This document shows positions 55,001 through 62,697 of a stretch of 64,000 nucleotides of DNA, piece after piece. Position 1 is the first letter of the stretch; each line of letters opens with the position of its first letter. This DNA is from Octopus vulgaris. Lineage: Eukaryota. The translations under genes and the position numbers were made by a program. Below the pieces are notes generated by a model that was not told the origin of the DNA, searched no databases, and saw only the letters and a program-made list of their open reading frames with translations. The DNA lies in the NCBI GenBank assembly GCA_951406725.2, contig OX597822.1, positions 85,932,001 through 85,996,000 on the forward strand. The letters run 5' to 3'.

Positions 55001-58000
55001 TTGAGGACAATAATCAGATTGAAATGTCTCCTAAGACATCCAGGACAAGATACAGTCCTTGCTGCAGCGTGTTGGTTTGTGTATGTATGTTGGTGGGGGT
55101 GTACCTCAAGGGTACACTCCCACCAACACACACACATACTGAGGAAGTGACCCTGGCAGCCCAGAGCAGAGTGGTAAGAATGTCATCGACAGTCTGTGTT
55201 CTATAGAGGACGATGAGCCTAAGTAAGTAAATATATACTTTTCTACTCTAGGCACAAGGTCCGAAATTTTGGGGGAGGGGGCCAGTCAATTAGATTGACC
55301 CCAGTATGCAACTGGTACTTAATTTATCGACCCCGAAAGGATGAAAGACAAAGCTGACCTCAGCAGAATTTGAACTCAGAACGTAAAGACAGACGAAATA
55401 CTGCTAAGCATTTTGCCTGGCGTGCTAACGTTTCTGCCAGCTCACTACCTTCAGTAAGTAAATAAGTAGTAAGATATATCACTCAACAGCTAGACCTTAA
55501 GGTTGTGGGTTCAATGTAAAAACAAACAAAGTATAGAAACACTATCTTTGCTGGCAAAGTGAAAAGCGATAATGTCTGACTACCAGAAAGTCTCTGGCAT
55601 TGTCCTACATTTTTGAATTTAAAATCCACAAGGGAAAACTAGATGCTCCTCTCTCTCCAGGTTTGATAAAATTAATGCATTAACTGGCCAAGTGCTTATT
55701 CCTAAAAATCAAATCCAAAAACATTTGTTGAGAACAAGAGAAAAATCATGAAATATTACTCACCCAGCAGGATTCATTACACTTGCATCTCCACAATCAC
55801 AAGCTCCTCCAGCCTTGCTACGGAACATGTTGTAGTCGTGTCCTTCGTGATTTCCAGCCTGAAAACACTTGGAGCAGAGTGACATGCATGGTGTTATACC
55901 ACATGTACGACACCTATAGGCCACAAAATTTGCAGTCCACACAAGGCCACATGTTGTCGCATTGTCATAAATACGCACTGGAAGAAACAAAAATAAGGAG
56001 ACTTGAAAATAGGCAGAAAATTTGACCTTTTAAGGGGGGGGAATAAATTTATTTTTCCTATCTCAATTTGGTGTTTATACAAGGATGAGTCAAAAAGTAA
56101 TGCCATTTTGTTTAGGGCAGGTGTAATTACCAACACAGGAACATGTATCATACATCAAAATGAAGCTGGTCCTCTGTGGATCACATCCCTACTTCTCAAC
56201 AGTTACTGTTTCTCTCAATAGCAATGTTCTACCTTCGAATGAAAGCATGTATCCCATAAAATTCTGATGACTGTTCTTTGAACCACTTCTTCACTACAGT
56301 TTTCACTTCCTTGTCACCAGATTTAGCACCTTCAGACTATCATCTCTTCAGCTCCGTGAAAGGGGGTTTGAGAGGCAAACATTAATCCAGTGACAATGAA
56401 GTGAAAACTGTAGTGAAGAAGTGGCTCAAAGAACAGTCATTCGAAGGCGGAACATTGTTATTGAGAGAAACGGTGACTATGTTGAGAAGTAGGGATGTGA
56501 TCCACAGAGGAACAGCTTCATTCTCATGTATGATACATGTTCCTGTGTTGGTAATTATGCCTATCCTAAACAAAATGGCATTACTTTTTGACTCACCCTC
56601 ATAATATCACTTTTGACATAATATCACTTATGTCAAAATCTTAGCTGTTCATTCTTTCAAAATTTGAACTCAGCTGAAGTAAAACTACCACTTCACTTCA
56701 TCTCTCATTAAGTATGATATCTGGTCGTGGCTACAGCTGACATACTGTTACAGTGAAAGCATACAAAAATTGCTTTCTTTGACTGTCTCCGGGGTGCTTA
56801 GAAGCTTGATTCCTAAGTACATGGTTCTGGGTTCAGTCCCACAGCATGGTTCCTTGGGCAAGTGTCCTCTACTGAGGATTTGGGTTGACCAAAGCTTTGA
56901 GTGGATTTGGTAGACAGAAACTGAAGGAAGCCCATCATGTGTGTGTGTGTGTGTTTGTCCCTCATCACTGCTTGATAACCGGTGCTGGTGTGTTTACATC
57001 CCTATAATCTAACGGTGTGGCAAAAAAGACTGACAGAATAAGTATGAGGCTTAAAAATAAAAATAAGCACTGGGATTGATTTGTTTGACTAAAATCCTTC
57101 GAGGTGGTGCCCTAGCATGGCTACAGTCTAATGACTGAAACAAGTAAAAGATACAAGCATGAAGTCTAAGAGTTTTAAAGGGTAACGGCAGTCATACCAT
57201 TTTCATGAGCAGAGTGAGATTCAGTGAAGAGAACAACTCTAAGAAGCAACTGAATCAGGCTCACAAACTCAAAATACTGGTTGGCGTATTACATTAAATA
57301 TATAGCTTCAGGATGGAACATTCACAGCAGTCTGTTCATATAGGAACACGAAATAATACTCATGCTTAAAGCCCGAACACATCACTGGAGGACAACAAAA
57401 CTAACAAAACTCATTCTCTATACTCTATAAAAGTGAACTCCAACCAATATAGCTTGGCGGGTTGAACCTGTGGCAATGAAATGCCTTTACCAAAGATACA
57501 CGGCAGTGTTAGGGAAAAGATGCCAATTAATTTTTTAATCATTAATGGAATGGATCGTTAACAACTCTTATCTTATAGTGTAATTAATACAAAGAATTAC
57601 CAGCCAGCAAAAGAACCTCAACATACTCATTCCACAGGCTAGAAATAGCAACCAAGTTTCCTTCAAATCATACCCTTTCATCTTAAAAGGAACACACAAG
57701 ATAATGTGATCATGAATACACTACACCTGAGAATATTCTTTTAAAAAAGCCCCATCAGTATTGGGGCTGACCCAGGGCTAAATAACAATATTATTATATA
57801 ATCTGCATCCTAACATCTATTTTTTTCATGCTTGCATGGTTTAGACCAATGGTTCTCAACCATTTTTAGCTGATGGACCCCTTTGGTTCTGTTTTACTTG
57901 GGTGCCCCCCCCCCCCATAACCGTTTGATGTTTTAAAAATCCAATCATATTTTTATAATCAAATATTATTAGGAATTGTATAAAAAAAATTGTTAAAATA

Positions 58001-61000
58001 TTTTATGCATCATAGAGATATAATCAATTTATTAAACATAAATTTTAACAAAATCTTACATGGGCCCCCAAGGGTTATATGGACCCTGGTCAAGACAGAA
58101 CGGTAGTATATCACTGCTCCTTTTGATCCAGTAATCTTACATCTCTGAATCTCAGAAACCTGAATTTTCTCCTAATATCTCCTTCTATGGTTTACACAGA
58201 TGTCTTTTATTTGTAGCACAATGCTTCCAGCCTCTACCTAGTCCAGTAGTTCCCAACCCTTTTATCTGAGTTTTCCCCACAGACCCCTTTTAATATCCTT
58301 ATGTGTGCATATATATATCATCATCATCATCGTTTAACGTCTGTTCTCCATGCTAGCATGGGTTGGACGGTTCGACCGGGGATCTTGGAAGCCAGAAGGC
58401 TGCACCAGGCTCCAGTCTTATCTGGCAATGTTTCTACAGCTGGATGCCCTTCCTAACGCCAACCACTCCATGAGTGTAGTGGGTGCTTTTTACGTGCCAC
58501 CTGCACAGGTGCCAGGCAAAGCTGGCAACGGCCACGGTCGGATTGGTGTATTTTATGTGCCACCGGCACGGAAGCCAGTCGAGGCGGTGCTGGCATTGGC
58601 CACGAGTCGGATAGTGCTTTTTACGTACCACCAGACCAGGGATCCTGGCTGGTTCAATTCGATTTTGATTTCGCTTGCCCCAACATGTCTTCGCAAGCAA
58701 AGGGGGTTGGCATGGGTGCCTGTCGTACGGTCGGATTGGTGTATTTTACGTGCCACCGGCACGGAAGCCAGTGGAGGCGGCGCTGGCATCAGCCACGAGT
58801 CGGATAGTGCTTTTTACGTACCACCAGACCAGGGATCCTGGCTGGTTCAATTCGATATATATATATATATTATATATATGAAGTATTGAATTTAGTTCAT
58901 GGATCTCCAGTACTACCTTTAAGGACCACCAGGGGCCCACGGACTCCAGGCTGGGCACCACTGATCTAGTCTCATCCCATTATACATATCAGTGCAAGCA
59001 TTAGATTCGAAACTCAAATTGCATGTTTGTGACTATTTAGTATAACTATTAATGATTAAAACTATTTCACTGTATTTACAGCAACTAAATTCACAACCTG
59101 CTCACAGCCAGCTGTATTTCTAGAAAAGTGAGGAAACTGGAGTAACAAGAAATCAACATCAACTGGTTCCATTTATTCTCTACATTGGTCGACTTAGATC
59201 GCGTGTTACATCAAATCTCAAAGGTTTTGAAGACAGAATTAACCAAAATTGAACCAAAAGGAATCAAATGAAACAAAAAATTATTTTTGACACAAGGTGC
59301 TTTTATATTGCAGTTAACGCAAGGTCAACACTGATTGAACAAACCTATTATCAAAGGAGTTCTCACCATGACCATCCCATTTGTTTTTCCAATAGGGGCC
59401 GAAACTGGACGTGGTTCCTCATGATGATGTCTTGAACTGGATCCTACAAAGGAGCTGTTGTAGTAGCAGACCACGAAATATGGTTGAAATTCCTAAATCG
59501 AATTACATTATGTAATGTGTACTACCATTTTTTTATGATGATAGGATGTTATTCGAGTGATTTAGCTGCTATTTCTAGCAAGCTGAGTAAATGCGAGGAG
59601 GCCTTTATCAGTTTCCAAGAATGATGAAGATGCATCAAGTTGACCAGATTTCTTCGAATTCTACTCTTTTACAATCATATTAAGATTTATTTTCATTGGG
59701 AAACTGGCCGAGATTGAAACCGCACAACAGAGAGACAATAAATTCTATACTACATACACCAGATCTTTATCTCATTTTAGGATGGTACAGACGGCCGAAA
59801 TACTACTGTATTTAGTTTCGGGTGAAAATTCCTTTGAGGTCAACTTTGTACACGTCCGGAGTGGATAAGTTAACAACACTATATTGAAGACAATTCTTTC
59901 TCTTAATGTACAAAATGTGATTTTGTACTTTATAAAAACTACCATATTTCACCTAAAACTATAATTCCAAGAAACCGTTTTCAGCATTAACATCGGCAGA
60001 AGCAATTACTTATAACTATGTTTGGTAAAGAGAGAAGTACATGTTAACTTCATCCGAAGAAATTTGACAATATAACCCCAAGTACATGGAACAGTATTGC
60101 AACTTGTTGTCGCAGCTCGACGGCAGCTTTTCTTTTTCGGTTTTAGTAAACCAGAGTTGAGTGAATTAAACGGTGATTTTAAACAGCCACTCTCATAGTT
60201 TTTCACGATTAAAAGTCACCAAACTTATACAATTGCTTGCGCGTATACACATACACACACATCAAAGCTAGATATGAATGTCTATAACCTCGCATATTTA
60301 TAGATCCAGTTTATACAACTATACAAACACGTACACACTAAAGCTGATGGGAAAAAAATCTTTCTGTTGACTGATACTTTTTAAAAACAAAAAAAAAAAA
60401 AGACAAACAACGTATTTATAAACGATTGTATGTTCTGTCGTGTTATATTCCATACAAGCGCACACAGACAGATTATATAAATGGAAAAGGAGAAAACAGA
60501 AAAAGAGAATAAGTCAGTGACATATAATAACAATTACATGTATAAATGTTTGTATGCGTGTAGGAGTAAATGAATATTTGTCCGTGTTCATGAATGTGTC
60601 TGTACCTAAGTACGTCAGTCGAATTATTTGCGTATTACATTAAATATATAGCTTCAGGATGGAAAATTCACAGCAGTCTGTTCATATAGGAACACGAAAT
60701 TGATACACAAATCTACAATGCACAATTCAATTATAAAATACTAACAAATTATATTAAATAAACAGAATAAAACATCATTAATTGGAAACACATAAGGAGT
60801 CGTTAGGGGTGTCAGGGCAGAAGGATTTGTTTACTAACCTAGGTTTGCATAATCCTCGAACTTTTTACCACCAGCGATCAGGAAACGATACCATTCAAGA
60901 TTTTCATAGTCATCAATTGCCTTTTCTGGGTTGAACACTGTGTTCAATAACTCGTTTAACAATTTATCCTCGGCAAATGCTGTCTTAAAGTGGGCAGCTA

Positions 61001-61055
61001 TGGCAGATTTCCCTTTTTTCATCAGAGATGCCAGCTCTGGGCTAATGCCTGCCAT
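3498..61055 (-). CDS. UBR3: E3 ubiquitin-protein ligase UBR3 (N-recognin), spliced CDS of 37 exons, ~1797 aa
   Basis: Exons join in frame via GT-AG sites (sum 5394 nt). UBR box [17 protein letters not shown]...GGACDCGD; [21 protein letters not shown]; [20 protein letters not shown]; RING-H2 CAIC...[10 protein letters not shown]...CPVCRQLAN; C-terminus [29 protein letters not shown]...QW. These motifs are typical of UBR3 rather than UBR1/2. Confidence 0.96.
4591..5302. repeat. Long inverted repeat (arms ~4591-4835 and ~5074-5302)
   Basis: e.g. TGATTTAAGGCAAAAGATGAGGTTAGATCTTGATGCTGGAGTTGAT versus its reverse complement at ~5245-5290; a 16-nt insertion in the left arm. Confidence 0.9.
5395..5729 (+). 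mobile_element. RTE-LINE 3'UTR copy
   Basis: AAAAGCACCCACTACACTC...CCCATGCTAGCATGGAAA...TGATGATGA. Confidence 0.8.
5993..6132 (-). CDS. UBR3: UBR3 exon 36 ([18 protein letters not shown]...[13 protein letters not shown])
   Basis: tgtctag|CAT; AG|GTGAGT. Confidence 0.95.
7589..7798 (-). CDS. UBR3: UBR3 exon 35 ([11 protein letters not shown]...[17 protein letters not shown])
   Basis: tttttcag|TAT; CAG|GTAAGC. Confidence 0.94.
8131..8467 (+). mobile_element. tRNA-headed, hammerhead-containing short retroelement with 5' inverted tail (copy 1)
   Basis: 13-bp direct repeat TATCCAGATTTTA at 8118-8130 and 8468-8480; A box 8242-8252, B box 8285-8296; hammerhead-like core 8376-8421; 8131-8230 is an inverted copy of the element's 3' part. 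Confidence 0.75.
8833..9072 (-). CDS. UBR3: UBR3 exon 34 ([12 protein letters not shown]...)
   Basis: gtttcag|TAT; CAA|GTATGT. Confidence 0.88.
10742..10867 (-). CDS. UBR3: UBR3 exon 33 ([29 protein letters not shown])
   Basis: tcttgtag|ATA; AAG|GTAAGT. Confidence 0.92.
12185..12280 (-). CDS. UBR3: UBR3 exon 32 ([25 protein letters not shown])
   Basis: gttttcag|GAT; TGT|GTAAGT. Confidence 0.88.
12335..12738. repeat. Minisatellite: ~16-bp GAGCCAGC(C/A)AATGRG monomers in a 110-bp higher-order repeat
   Basis: The block GGGAGCCAGCAAATGAGGGAAAACCCAATGAAG recurs at 12431, 12541 and 12651. Confidence 0.9.
14177..15249 (-). mobile_element. 5'-truncated RTE-like LINE (RT C-terminus, 3'UTR, (TGA)n tail)
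   Basis: [17 protein letters not shown]...[20 protein letters not shown]; 3'UTR shared with many short copies in the window. Confidence 0.85.
15420..15538 (-). CDS. UBR3: UBR3 exon 31 ([17 protein letters not shown]...ERVAW)
   Basis: atttgcag|AG; AGT|GTAAGT. Confidence 0.9.
15680..15960 (+). mobile_element. R4/Dong-like LINE 3' fragment between (TAA)n tracts
   Basis: [31 protein letters not shown]; flanked by AAT repeats. Confidence 0.65.
16238..16332 (-). CDS. UBR3: UBR3 exon 30 ([20 protein letters not shown])
   Basis: atttcag|A; C|GTAAGT. Confidence 0.9.
17889..18000 (-). CDS. UBR3: UBR3 exon 29 ([11 protein letters not shown]...LWKLITG)
   Basis: tttttcag|TG; TC|GTAAGT. Confidence 0.87.
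18033..18759 (-). mobile_element. Three tandem copies of the Meta-like SINE
   Basis: Repeated CTGGTACTTA...GGATGAAAGGCAAAGTCAAC...GGAATTTGAACTCAGAA separated by (AAT)n; other minus copies at ~15964-16177, 19435-19635, 49880-50280, 55237-55452. Confidence 0.8.
18887..18969 (-). CDS. UBR3: UBR3 exon 28 ([12 protein letters not shown]...)
   Basis: cattacag|A; A|GTAAGT; RxNLELEL motif. Confidence 0.9.
19998..20119 (-). CDS. UBR3: UBR3 exon 27 ([24 protein letters not shown]...)
   Basis: gttttag|TTG; AG|GTAACA. Confidence 0.82.
22366..22665 (-). mobile_element. RTE-LINE 3'UTR copy (young, CpG-rich)
   Basis: (TCA)n TTTAACGTC...CAGCTGGATGCCCTTCCTAATGCCAACCACTCC; other minus copies at ~7157-7320, 9790-9950, 17365-17840, 31135-31300, 34660-34880, 41102-41335, 42650-42825, 61985-62170. 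Confidence 0.8.
22735..22935 (-). CDS. UBR3: UBR3 exon 26, RING end ([13 protein letters not shown])
   Basis: tttttag|GGG; AGT|GTAAGT. Confidence 0.93.
23562..23672 (-). CDS. UBR3: UBR3 exon 25, RING-H2 ([20 protein letters not shown])
   Basis: tttcccag|ACA; AAG|GTAAGT. Confidence 0.95.
24389..24522 (-). CDS. UBR3: UBR3 exon 24 ([15 protein letters not shown]...)
   Basis: tttgttag|TT; GAG|GTAAGT. Confidence 0.9.
24910..25047 (-). CDS. UBR3: UBR3 exon 23, first RING ligands (CAIC)
   Basis: tttgcag|AT; G|GTAAGT. Confidence 0.92.
25340..25431 (-). CDS. UBR3: UBR3 exon 22 ([23 protein letters not shown]), basic/E2-binding region
   Basis: tttatcag|A; G|GTAAAT. Confidence 0.95.
26363..26849 (-). 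CDS. UBR3: UBR3 exon 21 ([17 protein letters not shown]...[14 protein letters not shown]...DLEKEE)
   Basis: atctctag|CA; AG|GTAAGT; 487 nt open frame. Confidence 0.9.
27977..28130 (-). CDS. UBR3: UBR3 exon 20 ([25 protein letters not shown]...)
   Basis: tcttacag|GAA; G|GTAAGT; WFP motif. Confidence 0.88.
29318..29410 (-). CDS. UBR3: UBR3 exon 19 ([22 protein letters not shown])
   Basis: atttgcag|GCT; CAG|GTTTGT. Confidence 0.88.
29836..29880 (-). ncRNA. Minimal type I hammerhead ribozyme motif (Penelope/retrozyme type)
   Basis: TCTGTG-CTGATGA-A-GGG-AAATAA-CCC-G-GAAA-TCGCGA-TA-CACAGA: 6-bp stem I, intact core, palindromic stem III ATCGCGAT. Confidence 0.7.
31481..31530 (+). ncRNA. Degenerate hammerhead-like motif
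   Basis: CTGATGA-GAACC-caataa-GGTTC-GAAA-ATCAAT-TA; stem I eroded. Confidence 0.45.
31660..31807 (-). CDS. UBR3: UBR3 exon 18 (LKQSGK...PWPP...[16 protein letters not shown])
   Basis: ttcccccag|T; AAG|GTAATT. Confidence 0.92.
33309..34176 (+). mobile_element. Internally deleted Tc1/mariner DD37D (maT-type) transposon
   Basis: TA-flanked ends CTGGGTGT...ACACCCTG; transposase relic [11 protein letters not shown]...WQQD-(37 aa)-D in [16 protein letters not shown]; stops and frameshifts. Confidence 0.85.
34338..34434 (-). CDS. UBR3: UBR3 exon 17 ([28 protein letters not shown])
   Basis: ttctgcag|GT; TA|GTAAGG. Confidence 0.92.
36013..36082 (-). CDS. UBR3: UBR3 exon 16 ([23 protein letters not shown])
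   Basis: gttgtag|GTG; G|GTACGG. Confidence 0.92.
36261..36462 (+). mobile_element. TTAA-bounded piggyBac-like MITE
   Basis: TTAACCCTTTAGCATTTAAA...; homologues at ~13588-13722(+) and, split by the RTE, at ~14072-14175 plus ~15250-15351(-). Confidence 0.6.
36611..36759 (-). CDS. UBR3: UBR3 exon 15 ([25 protein letters not shown])
   Basis: ttttgtcaag|GT (AAG acceptor); GCA|GTAAGT; LCxxDRTHS motif. Confidence 0.92.
36886..37525 (-). mobile_element. Two tandem RTE-LINE 3'UTR copies
   Basis: (TCA)n tails at ~36886 and ~37098, each followed by the family body. Confidence 0.8.
37998..38137 (-). CDS. UBR3: UBR3 exon 14 (FHLTNWLL...SVRTYL)
   Basis: ttttcag|C; G|GTAAGT. Confidence 0.9.
38655..39170 (+). 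mobile_element. RTE-LINE 3' end
   Basis: GGAAGACATGGGATGAGGTGGTGAAGCATGA through the 3'UTR to (TGA)n. Confidence 0.8.
40721..40773 (-). CDS. UBR3: UBR3 exon 13 ([17 protein letters not shown])
   Basis: cactttag|GTG; AG|GTAAGC. Confidence 0.88.
41734..41862 (-). CDS. UBR3: UBR3 exon 12 ([27 protein letters not shown])
   Basis: tttctag|GCT; CAG|GTGAGT; WxRNG motif. Confidence 0.95.
42282..42437 (-). CDS. UBR3: UBR3 exon 11 ([15 protein letters not shown]...FPLRIQ)
   Basis: atttcag|ACA; CAG|GTAGGA; FHLPLHR motif. Confidence 0.93.
43525..43945. repeat. Tandem duplication, ~2.4 copies of a ~160-185-bp unit ending in (TA)n
   Basis: GAGTAAA...GGTTG(C/T)CATTGTGTT...CTCTTCAA recurs at ~43547, ~43732 and ~43893. 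Confidence 0.85.
44256..44354 (-). CDS. UBR3: UBR3 exon 10 ([26 protein letters not shown])
   Basis: tcttatag|AAA; AAG|GTGAGG. Confidence 0.9.
44929..45314 (+). mobile_element. Same tRNA-headed/hammerhead element family (copy 2)
   Basis: 13-bp direct repeat AATATAGCTAGAA at 44916-44928 and 45315-45327; tRNA-like head ~45108-45180; inverted 3' segment ~44929-45090 holding CTGATGA-GGCTG/CAGCC on the minus strand. Confidence 0.75.
45547..45680 (-). CDS. UBR3: UBR3 exon 9 ([27 protein letters not shown])
   Basis: ctctcag|GT; AGT|GTAAGT; HVEFE motif. Confidence 0.93.
46290..46469 (-). CDS. UBR3: UBR3 exon 8 (NFHNVVDC...[16 protein letters not shown]...YFQ)
   Basis: ctttcag|AC; G|GTAAAC. Confidence 0.92.
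47373..47601 (-). CDS. UBR3: UBR3 exon 7 ([13 protein letters not shown]...[13 protein letters not shown])
   Basis: attaacag|CAA; A|GTAAGT; SVQLFSN motif. Confidence 0.93.
48174..48495 (-). mobile_element. RTE-like LINE RT fragment joined to an oppositely oriented 3'UTR piece
   Basis: [26 protein letters not shown]...[10 protein letters not shown] on minus (~48260-48495); 3'UTR repeat on plus (~48174-48258). Confidence 0.75.
48613..48746 (-). CDS. UBR3: UBR3 exon 6 ([31 protein letters not shown])
   Basis: ctatacag|AC; AAG|GTAAGC; conserved UBR3 motif. Confidence 0.92.
49096..49185 (-). CDS. UBR3: UBR3 exon 5 ([19 protein letters not shown]...)
   Basis: atttcag|GT; A|GTAAGT; 90 nt, phase 1-1. 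Confidence 0.8.
50555..51455 (+). mobile_element. R4/Dong-clade non-LTR retrotransposon 3' end (CCHC knuckle plus restriction-like endonuclease), degenerate
   Basis: AQDQSL...[18 protein letters not shown]...ILWDFQV...N*PDIMIKD...LIDVSVP...[12 protein letters not shown]...VPVIVGALG; begins in (TAA)n. Confidence 0.85.
51797..51943 (-). CDS. UBR3: UBR3 exon 4 ([29 protein letters not shown]...)
   Basis: tttttcag|AG; donor A|GTAAGT. Confidence 0.85.
52540..53760 (+). mobile_element. Highly degraded LINE (endonuclease-RT) remnant
   Basis: GVGIFL endonuclease-like motif at ~52625 and RT motif [10 protein letters not shown] at ~53712; no long ORF. Confidence 0.5.
54448..54584 (-). CDS. UBR3: UBR3 exon 3 (FCSRH...LREFAKV)
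   Basis: aaacag|G completes the UBR box (GFCSRH); donor ambiguous (54448 GTCTGT or 54452 GTAGGT). Confidence 0.8.
55764..55977 (-). CDS. UBR3: UBR3 exon 2, UBR-box zinc finger
   Basis: ttccag|TG; [38 protein letters not shown]...GGACDCGD; GG|GTGAGT. Confidence 0.95.
56080..56601. mobile_element. Mariner-derived foldback element/MITE
   Basis: TA-flanked TIRs CAAGGATGAGTCAAAAAGTAATGCC / GGCATTACTTTTTGACTCACCCTC; internal [12 protein letters not shown] transposase motif at ~56314-56349. Confidence 0.9.
56790..57155 (+). mobile_element. tRNA/CORE-type SINE (octopus OR/OK-like)
   Basis: GGGTTCAGTCCCAC...CCTTGGGCAAGTG...GAGTGGATTTGGTAGAC-GAAACTGAA, (TG)n, tail ...TGAAACAAGTAAAAGATA; other copies at ~1520-1708(+), 16920-17070(+), 23075-23465(-), 32170-32505(+), 39175-39350(-), 47695-47860(+). 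Confidence 0.75.
58244..58963. mobile_element. hAT (Charlie-like) MITE with a nested RTE 3'UTR copy (58318-58856, minus)
   Basis: TIRs CAGTAGTTCCCAACC / GGCTGGGCACCACTG; 8-bp TSD ACCTAGTC/ATCTAGTC; related truncated MITE at ~57847-58092. Confidence 0.75.
60839..61055 (-). CDS. UBR3: UBR3 coding exon 1 ([16 protein letters not shown]...DYANL)
   Basis: ATG in good Kozak context (CAAGATGG), no upstream ATG back to 61213; donor G|GTTAGT, phase 1. Confidence 0.85.
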
Positions 61056-62697
61056 CTTGGCTTGTAAGGGAAATAACTCTCCAGAGGGCACTGCTAACCA
61101 CCAGTTTTAATAATCTTCCTCCTCTGTCTTCTTCAATCAAGGGACAAAACGCTTCTGGAACTGATTTGTAGTTATTACGGCACACAATTTAGTCTTCTTT
61201 GTGGGGGAGCTTACTGTTAAAATACAAAATAAATCTCTAAATTTCCTCAATAAACTGAGGGAAAGTGTAATGTGTCAAGTGCATCTGTAGATGATTCACA
61301 TTGGGAGATCGTGGTTTTCATATTTATGACAACTTCTGTGGATTTTCTTTTGCGATGTCTGAAATTAAATTCTGTAGTAAAAAGCTATTACACCGTATAT
61401 TACTTAGTATGTGGGTAATGCTTCCATCTATCCAGCTACTCTTGAATGCAGAGGGATTCTTTTTTTTTTTTTTTTTTTTTAACTCGAAACTGAGGTGTCG
61501 GCCTTTTTATTATCCCTAGTTGACTCTTAAAGTATTGGCTCGTGAATCAAGAAATGGAAAGCTACGCTAAACAAACATTCAGTGTTTTCGCACAAACGTG
61601 TGTGTGTGTGAGTCAAGTAACCTATTCCTTTGAAGTGATCATTAACATACATTTACAAAAGATTGAAAGATGTCTAGAAGTACTTTTTTTAGTATGAGAC
61701 GGAAACAATTTATTTTGAAGAAATAACGGCTTAAAAAGAACTCAATATTAGGAAGACGATATAATACAGCAATTTGAGCAAGATGAGAGGAATAAAATTT
61801 ATTGATTCAAGTTAATGATACAATATTGAAAACGATTAGGTTGTCTTCACAGAGAAGGCATATTTTCAGTTCTAGTAGAAAACATTTTCCCCCAGGGCTG
61901 TTTAGGGGTTAAAAAAAAACTCACCAGATTGTTACTGGAAATCATGTTTTATTTTTTTCGTGTGTGTATGTGCATATGTATGTGATCATAATCATCATCT
62001 GTAATGTCTATGCTCCATACGAAAATGGGCTGGATGGTTCAACAGGATCAAATATGACAGGATTGCATTGTGCTCCAATGTCTACTTTTAGCATGTTTTT
62101 TATAACTGGATGCCCTTCCTAACACCAACCACTTCACAGTGTGGACTGGGTGATTTTTTTCATGCCACCTGCACTATTGAAATTGCGGTACAGCTTACAG
62201 AACTACGAGCCCTGGTGGGGTGGGTCAATCAGCTTCATTTTTTATGGACAAGGGATTGAACTAAGAGAAAGGATGCAATGCAGGTTCTTGTAGAAGATCA
62301 CTCTTGTAGGGGGAAAGGGAGAGGAGAAAATAAACAGTAGAAGCTGTAAGAGATAGATAATGGTGAGGATATGACTCGGTGGTGCTACAAGGTACAAGGT
62401 GAGTTGAAGAATCAGTTTGCAAGGATATATGGGAAGGAGAATGAGGGGACAGTGAGATAGACTGCCCAAAGGGATAAGATCGAAGGATGGATGAACAAAG
62501 AGCCATGAGTTGTGGAAGATAGAGGGATGCAGCAGAGAATGAAGAGGGCAAGCAGTATGAGTAGTAAAGATGATACAGTTGTCAGGTTGGTGGTGGTGGG
62601 GGGACAAGACAGAGGAATGACATGGTTGGTAGTCTGCAGAAAAGGTAAGAAGAAGAGGCAGGTTTAATGCATGAGAGATGGGGACAAGTCACTGTAC

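Noticed and set aside
61553-61697. Short plus-strand ORF MESYAKQTF... as the first exon of a divergent gene
   Set aside because: It runs through a TG microsatellite, has no recognisable homology, and I found no downstream exons in the window.
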